A stretch of 64,000 nucleotides of DNA from Gammaproteobacteria bacterium. GTDB lineage: Bacteria > Pseudomonadota > Gammaproteobacteria > Magnimaribacterales > TMED112. Below the pieces are notes generated by a model, which ran no database searches, was not told the DNA's origin, and worked only from the letters and a program-made list of their open reading frames with translations. Made by a program: the position numbers and the translations under genes. This document shows positions 37,623-45,952 of this stretch, one piece after another. Each line of letters begins with the position of its first letter. Position 1 is the stretch's first letter. The stretch covers positions 46,241-110,240 of the forward strand of contig JBJLJD010000008.1 of assembly GCA_045563435.1 (NCBI GenBank), read 5' to 3'.

Positions 37623-38495
37623 CTATTGTTGTTCCGATTTATTCAAATATTTAAAGTAATCGCTATCAGGATCTATCAAGAGAATATCACCTTGATCATT
37701 AAAAGTACTTTTGTACGCTTTTAAGCTTCTAGTAAAATCATAAAATTCAGGGTCTTGATTGAATGCTTCAGCATAAGTACCTGCTGCAATTGCATCACCT
37801 TGGCCTCTAATTTTTTCTGCTTCTCTAGTAGCCTCAGCAAGAATAATGGTACGATTTTTATCAGCGTTTGCTCTTATCTCTTCAGCTAACTCTCTGCCTT
37901 CAGCTCTTAATTCTTCTGCAATCCTGTTTCTCTCAGTTTTCATTCTCTCGAATACTGAAGATCTAATTTCCCTTTCGAAGTCTATCCTTTTCACTCTGAA
38001 ATCAACTATTTCAACCCCTAATTCTCCAGAATCTTCGCCTAATGAGTTTTTAAGTGCGAGCATTAAGCCATCCCTATCTCCAGATACAACATCTTGAAGA
38101 GTTCTTTTACCGAATTCATTTCTTAACTTATCTCTGACACGTCTTTGCAATGTGTCCTCAGCAACTCTATCCTGACCACCGTTAGTAGATGTGTAGAATG
38201 TTTCAGCATCAACAATTTTATACTTCACAAATGAATCTACGAAAAGTGGCTTTGATTCTTCAGAAAGCACTCTATCTGGCTGGGTATCTAAAGTTCTTAA
38301 CCTTGCTTCAAACTTCATGACGTCATCAATGAACGGAATTTTTAAACTTAATCCAGGCTCGATTGTTCTCTCGAATGCTCCAAGCTTAAGTAAAATAGCT
38401 TTTTCTGTATCTCTTACTATGACAATGGTCTGTGTAGCGAGAAATACTAGCACTAATGTTAATAATATTGCTAGTGAACCTTTATTCATCTTCAT
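37623..38495 (-). CDS. hflC: protease modulator HflC (SPFH/band-7)
   Basis: 290 aa, N-terminal TM plus SPFH domain. hflK-hflC-purA order. Confidence 0.9.
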   Translation of the reverse strand: MKMNKGSLAILLTLVLVFLATQTIVIVRDTEKAILLKLGAFERTIEPGLSLKIPFIDDVMKFEARLRTLDTQPDRVLSEESKPLFVDSFVKYKIVDAETFYTSTNGGQDRVAEDTLQRRVRDKLRNEFGKRTLQDVVSGDRDGLMLALKNSLGEDSGELGVEIVDFRVKRIDFEREIRSSVFERMKTERNRIAEELRAEGRELAEEIRANADKNRTIILAEATREAEKIRGQGDAIAAGTYAEAFNQDPEFYDFTRSLKAYKSTFNDQGDILLIDPDSDYFKYLNKSEQQ

Positions 38496-39498
38496 CCTCC
38501 TGTTTTTTAATTAGTTGGTCTAACGGAAGGTAAAGTAAATTATTACCGCCTTCGACATCTATCATGACTTTTGTACTTGATGAGAGCACCTCTTCAAGGG
38601 CATCAATGTATAGCCTTTCTCTAGTTACCTCTGGTGCCTTTTGATACTCTACTAAAAGAGCTAGAAATCTTTCAGATTCACCTTCTGCAATTGCTATAAC
38701 TTTTTGTTTATATGCTTCTGCATCTTGAAGAGCTCTTTGTGCATCCCCTCTTGCAACTGGAACAATTGAAAGTGCATATTTCTGTGCCTCGTTTCTAAGT
38801 CTTTCCTTGTCTTCTCTTGCCGCAACAACATCTCTAAAGGAATCAATTACTTCAGCTGGTGGCTGTCTTTGTTCAATATTTACTTGTTGTACAGAAATTC
38901 CTGCATCATAAATTTGTAAATACTCATCTAGACGCAGTAGTATTCCTGAACTAATTGCAGCTGCTCCTGAAGTTAATAGGTCATCCATATTGTTTTCACC
39001 AACAACATGACGTAGTGCACTTTCTGTTGCCTGTCTTATTGTTATCTCCGGATCCTCAACATTTAAGGAATACTTTTTTAAATCACTTATTGTATATTGA
39101 ACATTTAACTCGACGTCAACAATATTCTCGTCCTTTGTAAGCATATTTGTTGGAAGAACAAACGTTCTTATTCTTGATATATTTTCAGAGGCAAAAACTT
39201 CCTCAAAGAAAGGAAAATGGAACTGTAATCCTGGACCTAAAACTCTATTATATTTACCTAGTGTGAAAACCACTTCTCGGTTTGCCTCATTTACTATCCT
39301 GACACCTAAAAATATATACAAAGCCAGTAAACCAAGAATTAAATAAGAGAAAAATTTAAAATTAAATTTAAATGGCGCTCCTTTACCACCGCCACCGCCA
39401 GAAAACATTTTTCTGAACTGATTTATAGCCTCATCGAGGTCTGGTGGATTATTATTTTTTTTACCCCATGGATCGTTTTCGTTTGGATTCCAATTCAT
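38482..39498 (-). CDS. hflK: protease modulator HflK (SPFH/band-7)
   Basis: 338 aa. 'NPPDLDEAINQFRKMF', Gly-rich linker, TM and SPFH domain. Confidence 0.9.
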   Translation of the reverse strand: MNWNPNENDPWGKKNNNPPDLDEAINQFRKMFSGGGGGKGAPFKFNFKFFSYLILGLLALYIFLGVRIVNEANREVVFTLGKYNRVLGPGLQFHFPFFEEVFASENISRIRTFVLPTNMLTKDENIVDVELNVQYTISDLKKYSLNVEDPEITIRQATESALRHVVGENNMDDLLTSGAAAISSGILLRLDEYLQIYDAGISVQQVNIEQRQPPAEVIDSFRDVVAAREDKERLRNEAQKYALSIVPVARGDAQRALQDAEAYKQKVIAIAEGESERFLALLVEYQKAPEVTRERLYIDALEEVLSSSTKVMIDVEGGNNLLYLPLDQLIKKQEDEDE

Positions 39499-40445
39499 TT
39501 ATTAAAGCTCCTTAAATAAGTGTTTATTGTATCAGAAAAAGTCTCTGAATCATCGGCATACTCTGCATTCATTGAATTATTGAAATTAAATTTTTTCATC
39601 CAATTAAGCTGGGTTTTAATAAGGTTTTTTGTAGCGTCAAAAGCTTGTTCAAAAGCCAATTCTAAAGAAACCTTACCATCAAGATGTGCTAAGAACTGCT
39701 TATAGTTGATAGCATTCATGCTTTGATGACCTGCATTTAATTTATATTCCTTTTTCAAATTTTCAAGTTCATTTAAGATTCCTTGATTAACCATAATTTC
39801 TAATCTTTTTTTAGCTAATGATTCCAAGGTTGATTTTTTGTTAAATATTCCTAAAACCAAACACTTGTTGTAGTCAAAAAACTTTTCTATTTCCTGTTTT
39901 TTTAATACCGATAATTTAGTTTCGGTGATTCTTATAATCTCAACTGCTCTCTCTACTCTTCTTAAATTTTTTAAATCTATAGATGTAAAGGTATCCTCAT
40001 CTTTAAGTCTTAATTCATCGATAAGGAAATCGATTCCATTTTCTTTTTTGTCTTTTTGAATTTGTTCTCTAATATTTTCATCACTAGGAAAGTCATGTAT
40101 TCCATTAAGAAGTACCTTTTGAAAAAGCATCGATCCTCCAACAAATAAAGGAATATTTTCATTTTTTAAAATTTCTTTTGTGGCTCTATGAGTTTCTTTT
40201 AAAAATAACCCTAAGTTAAAACTTCTATTAGGTGAAACGACATCGATTAGATGATGTGGAATTCCTTTTCTCTCAAACTTTGTTGGTTTTGATGTTCCAA
40301 TATCCATTCCTTTATACACCATTGCACTATCAACACTTACTATCTCAATTGGAAGATTTTCTGCTATAGCAATTGAAGTAGCTGTTTTGCCACTCGCAGT
40401 CGGTCCAATAAGAAAGATCGCCGGAAAGTTATATTTATAATTCAT
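39495..40445 (-). CDS. miaA: tRNA dimethylallyltransferase
   Basis: P-loop 'GPTASGKT', 'VSVDSAMVYKGMDIGTSKP', 'IPHHLID'. Confidence 0.93.
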   Translation of the reverse strand: MNYKYNFPAIFLIGPTASGKTATSIAIAENLPIEIVSVDSAMVYKGMDIGTSKPTKFERKGIPHHLIDVVSPNRSFNLGLFLKETHRATKEILKNENIPLFVGGSMLFQKVLLNGIHDFPSDENIREQIQKDKKENGIDFLIDELRLKDEDTFTSIDLKNLRRVERAVEIIRITETKLSVLKKQEIEKFFDYNKCLVLGIFNKKSTLESLAKKRLEIMVNQGILNELENLKKEYKLNAGHQSMNAINYKQFLAHLDGKVSLELAFEQAFDATKNLIKTQLNWMKKFNFNNSMNAEYADDSETFSDTINTYLRSFNK

Positions 40446-41613
40446 CTAAAGCCACTAAAACTGACTCATAAGAGCCGGAAATTTTTTCTAGTGCAGTCTT
40501 TTGTTCATTTAATTTTTTTTGTCTTAATTCTGAATTTGTATATTTTTTTAGTAAAACTGAAAGCTCATTCTCTGTTTTGAAAGTTTCAAAAATTCCTGTA
40601 TCGCAAAGCTTCACTTTTAAATCTTTGTAATTTTCTAGATGATCTCCTGTTATCGAGGGGATATTGGCATAAACAGGCTCCATAAAATTATGTCCTTTTT
40701 TGAATATTATGCTTCCACCGACTATTGCAATATCAGCTTGAGAGTAAAGATCAAATAGACTTCCTACCTTGTCAAAAATATAGACGTTTTTTTGATTTTT
40801 AAAAATTTGTTTTATAAGCGAAATCCGTTCAGGATGTCTGGGAGCTAAAACAAGTACTGAATTTTCTAGATTTTTCCAAGCATTAAAAACAAATTCTTCC
40901 TCTCCCTCGTGGGAACTACCTAGAACAACTTTAAATAATTTTTTATCTTCAAAGATTTCATTAAATCCAAAATCTAAATTTTTATTAATTTCATAATTTT
41001 CTGGATTGATCTTGATATTGCCTAACAGCCGTATTTTTTCTGCATCTAGCAGCTTAAGCCTTTCTACTGTTAACCGTGATTGGGCTAGATAAAGGTCAAC
41101 TCTTCTTATCATTTTTTTCGCAAGTCCTTTTATAAGATTTAGCCTGGAAAAGGTTGTATCTGAAATAGAGGTATTTAATGACATGATTTTTAGATTTTTT
41201 GGTGACGAGTTGAGAAGGTTTGGCCAAAATTCACTTTCGAATAAAACCAGCTTCTTAACATTAAATTTCTTTATTAATTTTTTGTAGATGAATCCTAAAT
41301 CATACGGAAAGGTTAAAAAACTAACTTCTTTTTCTCTAAATACTTTATTAACCTCTTCCCTTCCTGTGTTTGTAGTGGTGCTAATTAAAACGGTCTCTCC
41401 TTGATTGATAAGCTTCTTAGCTAGAGGACTCAGTATTTTTATTTCTCCAAGACTTACTCCATGTAACCAAATAGTAGGATTCTTTGATCCTGATATATTA
41501 AATCCCAATTTTTTTGAAATAGTTTTTAATTTATTTTTTTTTATAACGATTAAATCCCTAAGAATAAGAACAGGCAGTAATAAAATATAAAAGAAGTTAT
41601 ATACAATAAGCAT
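40435..41613 (-). CDS. waaA: 3-deoxy-D-manno-octulosonic acid (Kdo) transferase
   Basis: N-terminal membrane anchor, 'WLHGVSLGE' motif, C-terminal 'GGS...GHNFMEP'. Confidence 0.88.
   Translation of the reverse strand: MLIVYNFFYILLLPVLILRDLIVIKKNKLKTISKKLGFNISGSKNPTIWLHGVSLGEIKILSPLAKKLINQGETVLISTTTNTGREEVNKVFREKEVSFLTFPYDLGFIYKKLIKKFNVKKLVLFESEFWPNLLNSSPKNLKIMSLNTSISDTTFSRLNLIKGLAKKMIRRVDLYLAQSRLTVERLKLLDAEKIRLLGNIKINPENYEINKNLDFGFNEIFEDKKLFKVVLGSSHEGEEEFVFNAWKNLENSVLVLAPRHPERISLIKQIFKNQKNVYIFDKVGSLFDLYSQADIAIVGGSIIFKKGHNFMEPVYANIPSITGDHLENYKDLKVKLCDTGIFETFKTENELSVLLKKYTNSELRQKKLNEQKTALEKISGSYESVLVALDEL
41602..41607 (+). promoter_or_regulatory. candidate -10 element (TACAAT) for lpxL, inside waaA codons
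   Basis: TACAAT lies 9 nt upstream of the lpxL ATG. The waaA and lpxL start codons are only 3 bp apart, so any lpxL promoter must lie within waaA. Hexamers like this are common in AT-rich DNA. Confidence 0.2.
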
Positions 41614-41616
41614 TAC

Positions 41617-42477
41617 ATGAATAATATCATTGTTTTTTTGATAATTTTTTTAACAAGACTTATCAGTATAATTCCAAGAAATTTTTTTATTAATAATTTT
41701 TTTATTAAGAAAATTTTTAAGATAGGCCTTAAAAAAAGAAGAAAAATTATTTCTGCAAATATTAACCACTGTTTCAGTGATAAAGACTCTAAATGGAGAG
41801 AGAAATTAGTAAACGATACTTGCGATGAGTCTATTGGTGCTATTTTTGATAATAATCTTGCATGGAATGCTACAACTAAGACAATTAAATCTCTCGATAA
41901 CAAAATCAGAGGAATTGAACTCTTGGATGAAGCCAAAAAAAATAATAAGGGTGTATTGCTTTTATTTAGACATAATCTATATATTGAACTTTCAGCAAGA
42001 ATCTTGAGCCTGCACCATGAACTTCATGCAATGGAAAGACCTAATAATTCTAAAATAATTCAAAGAGTACAAGAAAGGGGACGTTTAAAATCTGTAAAGA
42101 ATTTAATTCCAAATTCTGACATTAATAATTTAATAGAACTCCTTAGAAATGGAAAAATAATTCTTTACGGACCAGACCAAGATTACAGAAATAAAAGATC
42201 GATCGTATCTTCTTTTTTTGGTCAGAAGTGCTTAACCACAACTGTCCCCTTCTCTATTGCAAAGATAACTAATTGTAATTTGTTTTATTTTGATTTTTTT
42301 AGTAATGAAGATTGCTATGAATTAATAATTAGTGATATTTCATCTACTCTTAATTCAAAAGAATTTTTTGCAAAGAAATTAAATGAAAGAATTGAAGAAA
42401 GTATTCTAAAAAAACCTCATCAATACCTTTGGCATCACAGAAGATTTAAATCACAGAAACCAGAAATATATGATTGA
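41617..42477 (+). CDS. lpxL: lipid A biosynthesis (Kdo)2-lipid IVA acyltransferase (LpxL/LpxM family)
   Basis: N-terminal TM, 'ANINHCF' and the HX4E acyltransferase motif 'RHNLYIE' (compare E. coli 'HFMSLE'), 'YGPDQD'. Confidence 0.82.
   Translation: MNNIIVFLIIFLTRLISIIPRNFFINNFFIKKIFKIGLKKRRKIISANINHCFSDKDSKWREKLVNDTCDESIGAIFDNNLAWNATTKTIKSLDNKIRGIELLDEAKKNNKGVLLLFRHNLYIELSARILSLHHELHAMERPNNSKIIQRVQERGRLKSVKNLIPNSDINNLIELLRNGKIILYGPDQDYRNKRSIVSSFFGQKCLTTTVPFSIAKITNCNLFYFDFFSNEDCYELIISDISSTLNSKEFFAKKLNERIEESILKKPHQYLWHHRRFKSQKPEIYD
41621..41626 (-). promoter_or_regulatory. candidate -10 element (TATTAT) for waaA, inside lpxL codons
   Basis: On the minus strand, TATTAT lies 7 nt upstream of the waaA ATG. 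That spacing is compatible with a leaderless transcript. Speculative. Confidence 0.2.
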
Positions 42478-43075
42478 AAAATTTGATTCAATAAAAGGGT
42501 TCCTTGACCTTAATGAAGGAATTGCACTTTACGATGAGGTAAAAAGAGTATCTGAGAACAACTTTTGCGTAGAAATAGGTTCATATTGTGGAAAATCTTC
42601 TTGCTTTATAGGTCAAGCATGTAAAGAGAATAAATCTAAATTAATAACTATCGATCATCATAAAGGCTCTGAGGAGCAACAAATAGGAGAGTTATATTTT
42701 GATGCTGAGGTTTATGATGAAAAATTAGGAAGAGTTAATACTCTTCCATTACTAGAAAAAAATCTTGCTAAGTTTAATTTAGAGGATGTTGTAAAGCCAC
42801 TTGTAATGGATTCAATTTCTGCTTCAAAAATTGTTGAAAACAATGCAGATTTAATATTTATTGACGGAAGTCATACTTTTGAATCTGCAGAATCAGATTA
42901 TGAACTATGGAAAAATAAAATTAAAAAAGGTGGCACATTAGCTATTCATGATATTTATGATTCTGAGGATGAGGGTGGTCAAGCTCCAAATAAAATTTTT
43001 AAACAATCTCTGAATGAGGGTTTTAATTTTTTAAAACGTGTAAAAAGTCTTGTCCTTTTACAGAAATCATACTAA
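42470..43075 (+). CDS. class I SAM-dependent methyltransferase (Methyltransf_24 / TylF-CmcI-like)
   Basis: 201 aa. 'VEIGSYCGKSSCFIG', 'LITIDHH', 'LIFIDGSHTFESAESDYELW', 'GGTLAIHD'. 8-nt overlap with the lpxL stop. Confidence 0.7.
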   Translation: MIEKFDSIKGFLDLNEGIALYDEVKRVSENNFCVEIGSYCGKSSCFIGQACKENKSKLITIDHHKGSEEQQIGELYFDAEVYDEKLGRVNTLPLLEKNLAKFNLEDVVKPLVMDSISASKIVENNADLIFIDGSHTFESAESDYELWKNKIKKGGTLAIHDIYDSEDEGGQAPNKIFKQSLNEGFNFLKRVKSLVLLQKSY

Positions 43076-44056
43076 TAAGGCCTTCTTTTTTTTGGTCATA
43101 TCATATAAACAATCTTGAGCAATAATATAAGCTGCATTTGTCCAAGTTGATCTTTCATCAGGCCAAAATATTTTTTCTGAGTATTGATAACCAGTTGGGA
43201 AAATTCCATCTTTATTTTTGAAGTTTTCAATTTCACTCATTATTTTTCTTGCAAATTTAATTTCACCAACCCTAATTAAAGAAATTATTGCTTCTGAGGA
43301 CTCAGCAAAAGTCACCCATGGCTCCTCTTTAACACATTTTATTCCCATTCCTGGAACGTAAAAATCTGATAGCAAATCAAGCAGTTTTGAACCATCTAAA
43401 TTAATACCAGCTAAATATGGATAATAAGCATCCATAGAGAAACGAGAGCGTTCTATCCCATCTCTATTAAATCTACACATGTCACCAATAAACTGCTGTT
43501 CTATACTTTTTGTTATATCTTCTAGGTTTTTAGTATCTTCATTAAGAAATTTATAGATTTCTATTGCAGCTTTTAGTGAAAGATATATTGATGAGGTTGC
43601 AGAGATTAGAGAATTATCTTGAAACTCACCATTTTTTTCCGCCCAGTAAAAAAAACCATAGTCATCTCTAGAGTTAATTGTTTTTTCCACAATTTTATTG
43701 AGAGTTTCAAAGTTATTCCTTAAAAGGTCTATTTCTTCAAAAATATAAAAGCCTTGAAGTAACGGAACTGAAAAATATATTGCATGATGAATTTCATAAT
43801 ATTTTTGAGTAATCTCTTCACCCTTATACAAGGAGAAGATTTGGCTATCTTTTGATAAATTATCTACAAACCAATCTAAACCCTTGAGAAAACTTTTTTT
43901 TCTTCCCAGAATTGCTAAGGCAGTTAAACACTCAAAATGATCCCAAGCATCAAATTTTTTCTTATCATCCCAGAAGATCATTCCACTAGAGGATTGATTG
44001 CTCTCAATCCAATCAATCATTGGTTGAAATTCCTTTATTTTCTGAGATAAAAACAT
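43067..44056 (-). CDS. hypothetical helical protein, possible (alpha/alpha)6-toroid glycoside-hydrolase / 'prenyltransferase-like' fold
   Basis: 329 aa, aromatic-rich helical repeats. 'SMDAYYPYLAG', 'EEPWVTFAESSEAI' and 'STWTNAAYIIAQD' resemble, from memory, proteins auto-annotated as prenyltransferase-like next to GT4 and methyltransferase genes in Actinobacteria. The fold is not verified. Confidence 0.35.
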   Translation of the reverse strand: MFLSQKIKEFQPMIDWIESNQSSSGMIFWDDKKKFDAWDHFECLTALAILGRKKSFLKGLDWFVDNLSKDSQIFSLYKGEEITQKYYEIHHAIYFSVPLLQGFYIFEEIDLLRNNFETLNKIVEKTINSRDDYGFFYWAEKNGEFQDNSLISATSSIYLSLKAAIEIYKFLNEDTKNLEDITKSIEQQFIGDMCRFNRDGIERSRFSMDAYYPYLAGINLDGSKLLDLLSDFYVPGMGIKCVKEEPWVTFAESSEAIISLIRVGEIKFARKIMSEIENFKNKDGIFPTGYQYSEKIFWPDERSTWTNAAYIIAQDCLYDMTKKKKALLV

Positions 44057-44730
44057 TTTGATTTCCCAAAGATAGGGTCGAGCAACTTTTCAATAAATGC
44101 TGAAATTTTTGCTTGTCCAAACATCTGTTTCACCAACAAAGAGTGAAACTTTTTTAGAAATGGTGTCTCTTCCATGTCATTTCTCGCTCGAAGAATCCAA
44201 TATAAAGAATGAAATGAATGCATTCTATTTTTTTTAAATATTTTTAGATTAAGTTTTTGAAAATTTTCTAAAAGAAGCTTATTTGAGAAAATTCTTATGT
44301 GACCACCAGGAGTTTGTTTATATTTTTTTGAATACTTCCAACATAGCATCTCAGGAACATATGATGGAACACTTATAAGCAAGACTCCGCCTGGTTTCAA
44401 AATTCTATAACACTCTTTAATTACTTTTTCAAAATTTGGAACATGTTCTAAGACTTCTGAACAAATAACCATATCAAAAGAATTGTCCTCAAAGCTTATA
44501 GCTCTTATATCTTGAACATTAAAAGAATAACTATTTCCATTTTTGCAGACATGTGTTTCAAATTCGTTATTTAATTTATGGATTTCATGTTTAAGCTGAT
44601 CGACACCAAATATCTCTGCTTTCTTAAGCCTGAAACCAAGTGATTTTAAATGTCTTCCATTGCCACAACCTATATCAATAGCTTTTTTTACTTTTTTAAG
44701 ATTTAAGGATTCAAAATTAAAAGTGTCCAC
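44035..44730 (-). CDS. class I SAM-dependent methyltransferase (Methyltransf_11-like with C-terminal helical extension)
   Basis: 231 aa. 'AIDIGCGNGRH', 'VICSEVLEHVPN', 'LKPGGVLLISVP', 'GGHIRIF', 'HSLYWILRA'. Confidence 0.75.
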   Translation of the reverse strand: MDTFNFESLNLKKVKKAIDIGCGNGRHLKSLGFRLKKAEIFGVDQLKHEIHKLNNEFETHVCKNGNSYSFNVQDIRAISFEDNSFDMVICSEVLEHVPNFEKVIKECYRILKPGGVLLISVPSYVPEMLCWKYSKKYKQTPGGHIRIFSNKLLLENFQKLNLKIFKKNRMHSFHSLYWILRARNDMEETPFLKKFHSLLVKQMFGQAKISAFIEKLLDPIFGKSKCFYLRK

Positions 44731-45952
44731 TTAAGATTTTTTGATATAAGGGTTCAAGTTTCATAGCATACTCGTCCCAATCAAAAAAATCATCCATTCT
44801 ATTAAGACTATTTAATGCAAACCTTTCTCTAAGTTTTGTATTTTCTAACATTTGTTTAATCTTGACTGTTAACTCATCCTTATCATATGGATTAAATATA
44901 AGGCCAGAATCAGATAATAGTTCTGGCAATGAACCTCCATCAGAAGCTATTACGGGAAGACCCCTTGACATCATTTCTACAAGAGGAAATCCAAATCCCT
45001 CATATATTGATGGGCATATACCTATATCTGCATCATCTAAATTTTGAATTAATTGATCCTTTGAAAGCTTTGGAAGAAATTCAATTTTATCTTCTATTTC
45101 AAGCTGTTTAATGAGATTATTATTTTTCTCTCTAAGATCTCCAATTATTTTTAATTTAATGTTGATACCCTCATCACTAAGATCTTTTAAAGATTTAAGA
45201 ACAATCTCTAAATTTTTCATTGGCACATCGGAGCTGATTATTGATAAAAGTTTTGAGGTAAATTTTTTTGGCTTAAAAGGTTCAACTTTTTTTATATTAA
45301 TTCCGTTCCATATAACTTCTATCCTCTTTTTTTCAAATGAAAATAAATTAGCGATGTCATTTTTTGAGGATTGGGTTGGTGTAACTATAATTTTTGATTT
45401 TTTAAGACTATTTTTTTGGTTTGTTAAAAATGAATACCATCTCTTTATTGAAATTTTTTTCAAAAATGTTCTTTCAAATTGAATGTCGATATCTCGGTCA
45501 ATATGTACCGGATGGTGAACAGTGGTGATCAGCCGATTTGAAATTAGATTTGAAAAGTTACTTATAGATTGATTGTCATGAAAAATATCAAAAGAATTTG
45601 CTCTTTTAATAAATTCTTTATTATTCTCCAGTCTTTTCGCAAAATAAATTGGCTCTGAAAAAACTCCAGTGATTGAATCAAAAAAGTCTTGGTAATCAAA
45701 TATTTTCTTTTCAGGATATTTTTTGAACAGATCAATTCTTTTTTTAAATTCAAAAGTTTCAAAAAAACCAGGTGTCTTTATTTCAATTAAATCAACATTC
45801 TTATTTACATCAGGTAAAGGATTACCAGAAAAAATTGTTATTTTGTGACCACGTTTAACTAGAGCATCAGATAAATTTTTTAGATATATACCTTGCCCAC
45901 CAGAAAAAGGATCACTTCTATAACTCAGTAAGGCTATTTTTAGTTTTAGCAT
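44717..45952 (-). CDS. glycosyltransferase family 4 (GT-B, retaining)
   Basis: 411 aa. N-terminal 'LSYRSDPFSGGQGIYLKNLSDALVKRGH', C-terminal 'PSIYEGFGFPLVEMMSRGLPVIASDGGSLPELL' (EX7E-type). Confidence 0.85.
   Translation of the reverse strand: MLKLKIALLSYRSDPFSGGQGIYLKNLSDALVKRGHKITIFSGNPLPDVNKNVDLIEIKTPGFFETFEFKKRIDLFKKYPEKKIFDYQDFFDSITGVFSEPIYFAKRLENNKEFIKRANSFDIFHDNQSISNFSNLISNRLITTVHHPVHIDRDIDIQFERTFLKKISIKRWYSFLTNQKNSLKKSKIIVTPTQSSKNDIANLFSFEKKRIEVIWNGINIKKVEPFKPKKFTSKLLSIISSDVPMKNLEIVLKSLKDLSDEGINIKLKIIGDLREKNNNLIKQLEIEDKIEFLPKLSKDQLIQNLDDADIGICPSIYEGFGFPLVEMMSRGLPVIASDGGSLPELLSDSGLIFNPYDKDELTVKIKQMLENTKLRERFALNSLNRMDDFFDWDEYAMKLEPLYQKILSGHF

Noticed and set aside
41613-41936. 107-aa minus-strand ORF
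   Set aside because: It lies entirely antisense to the 5' part of lpxL, which has clear family motifs. Its composition (Leu/Ile/Lys/Phe runs) is typical of an antisense frame in AT-rich coding DNA.
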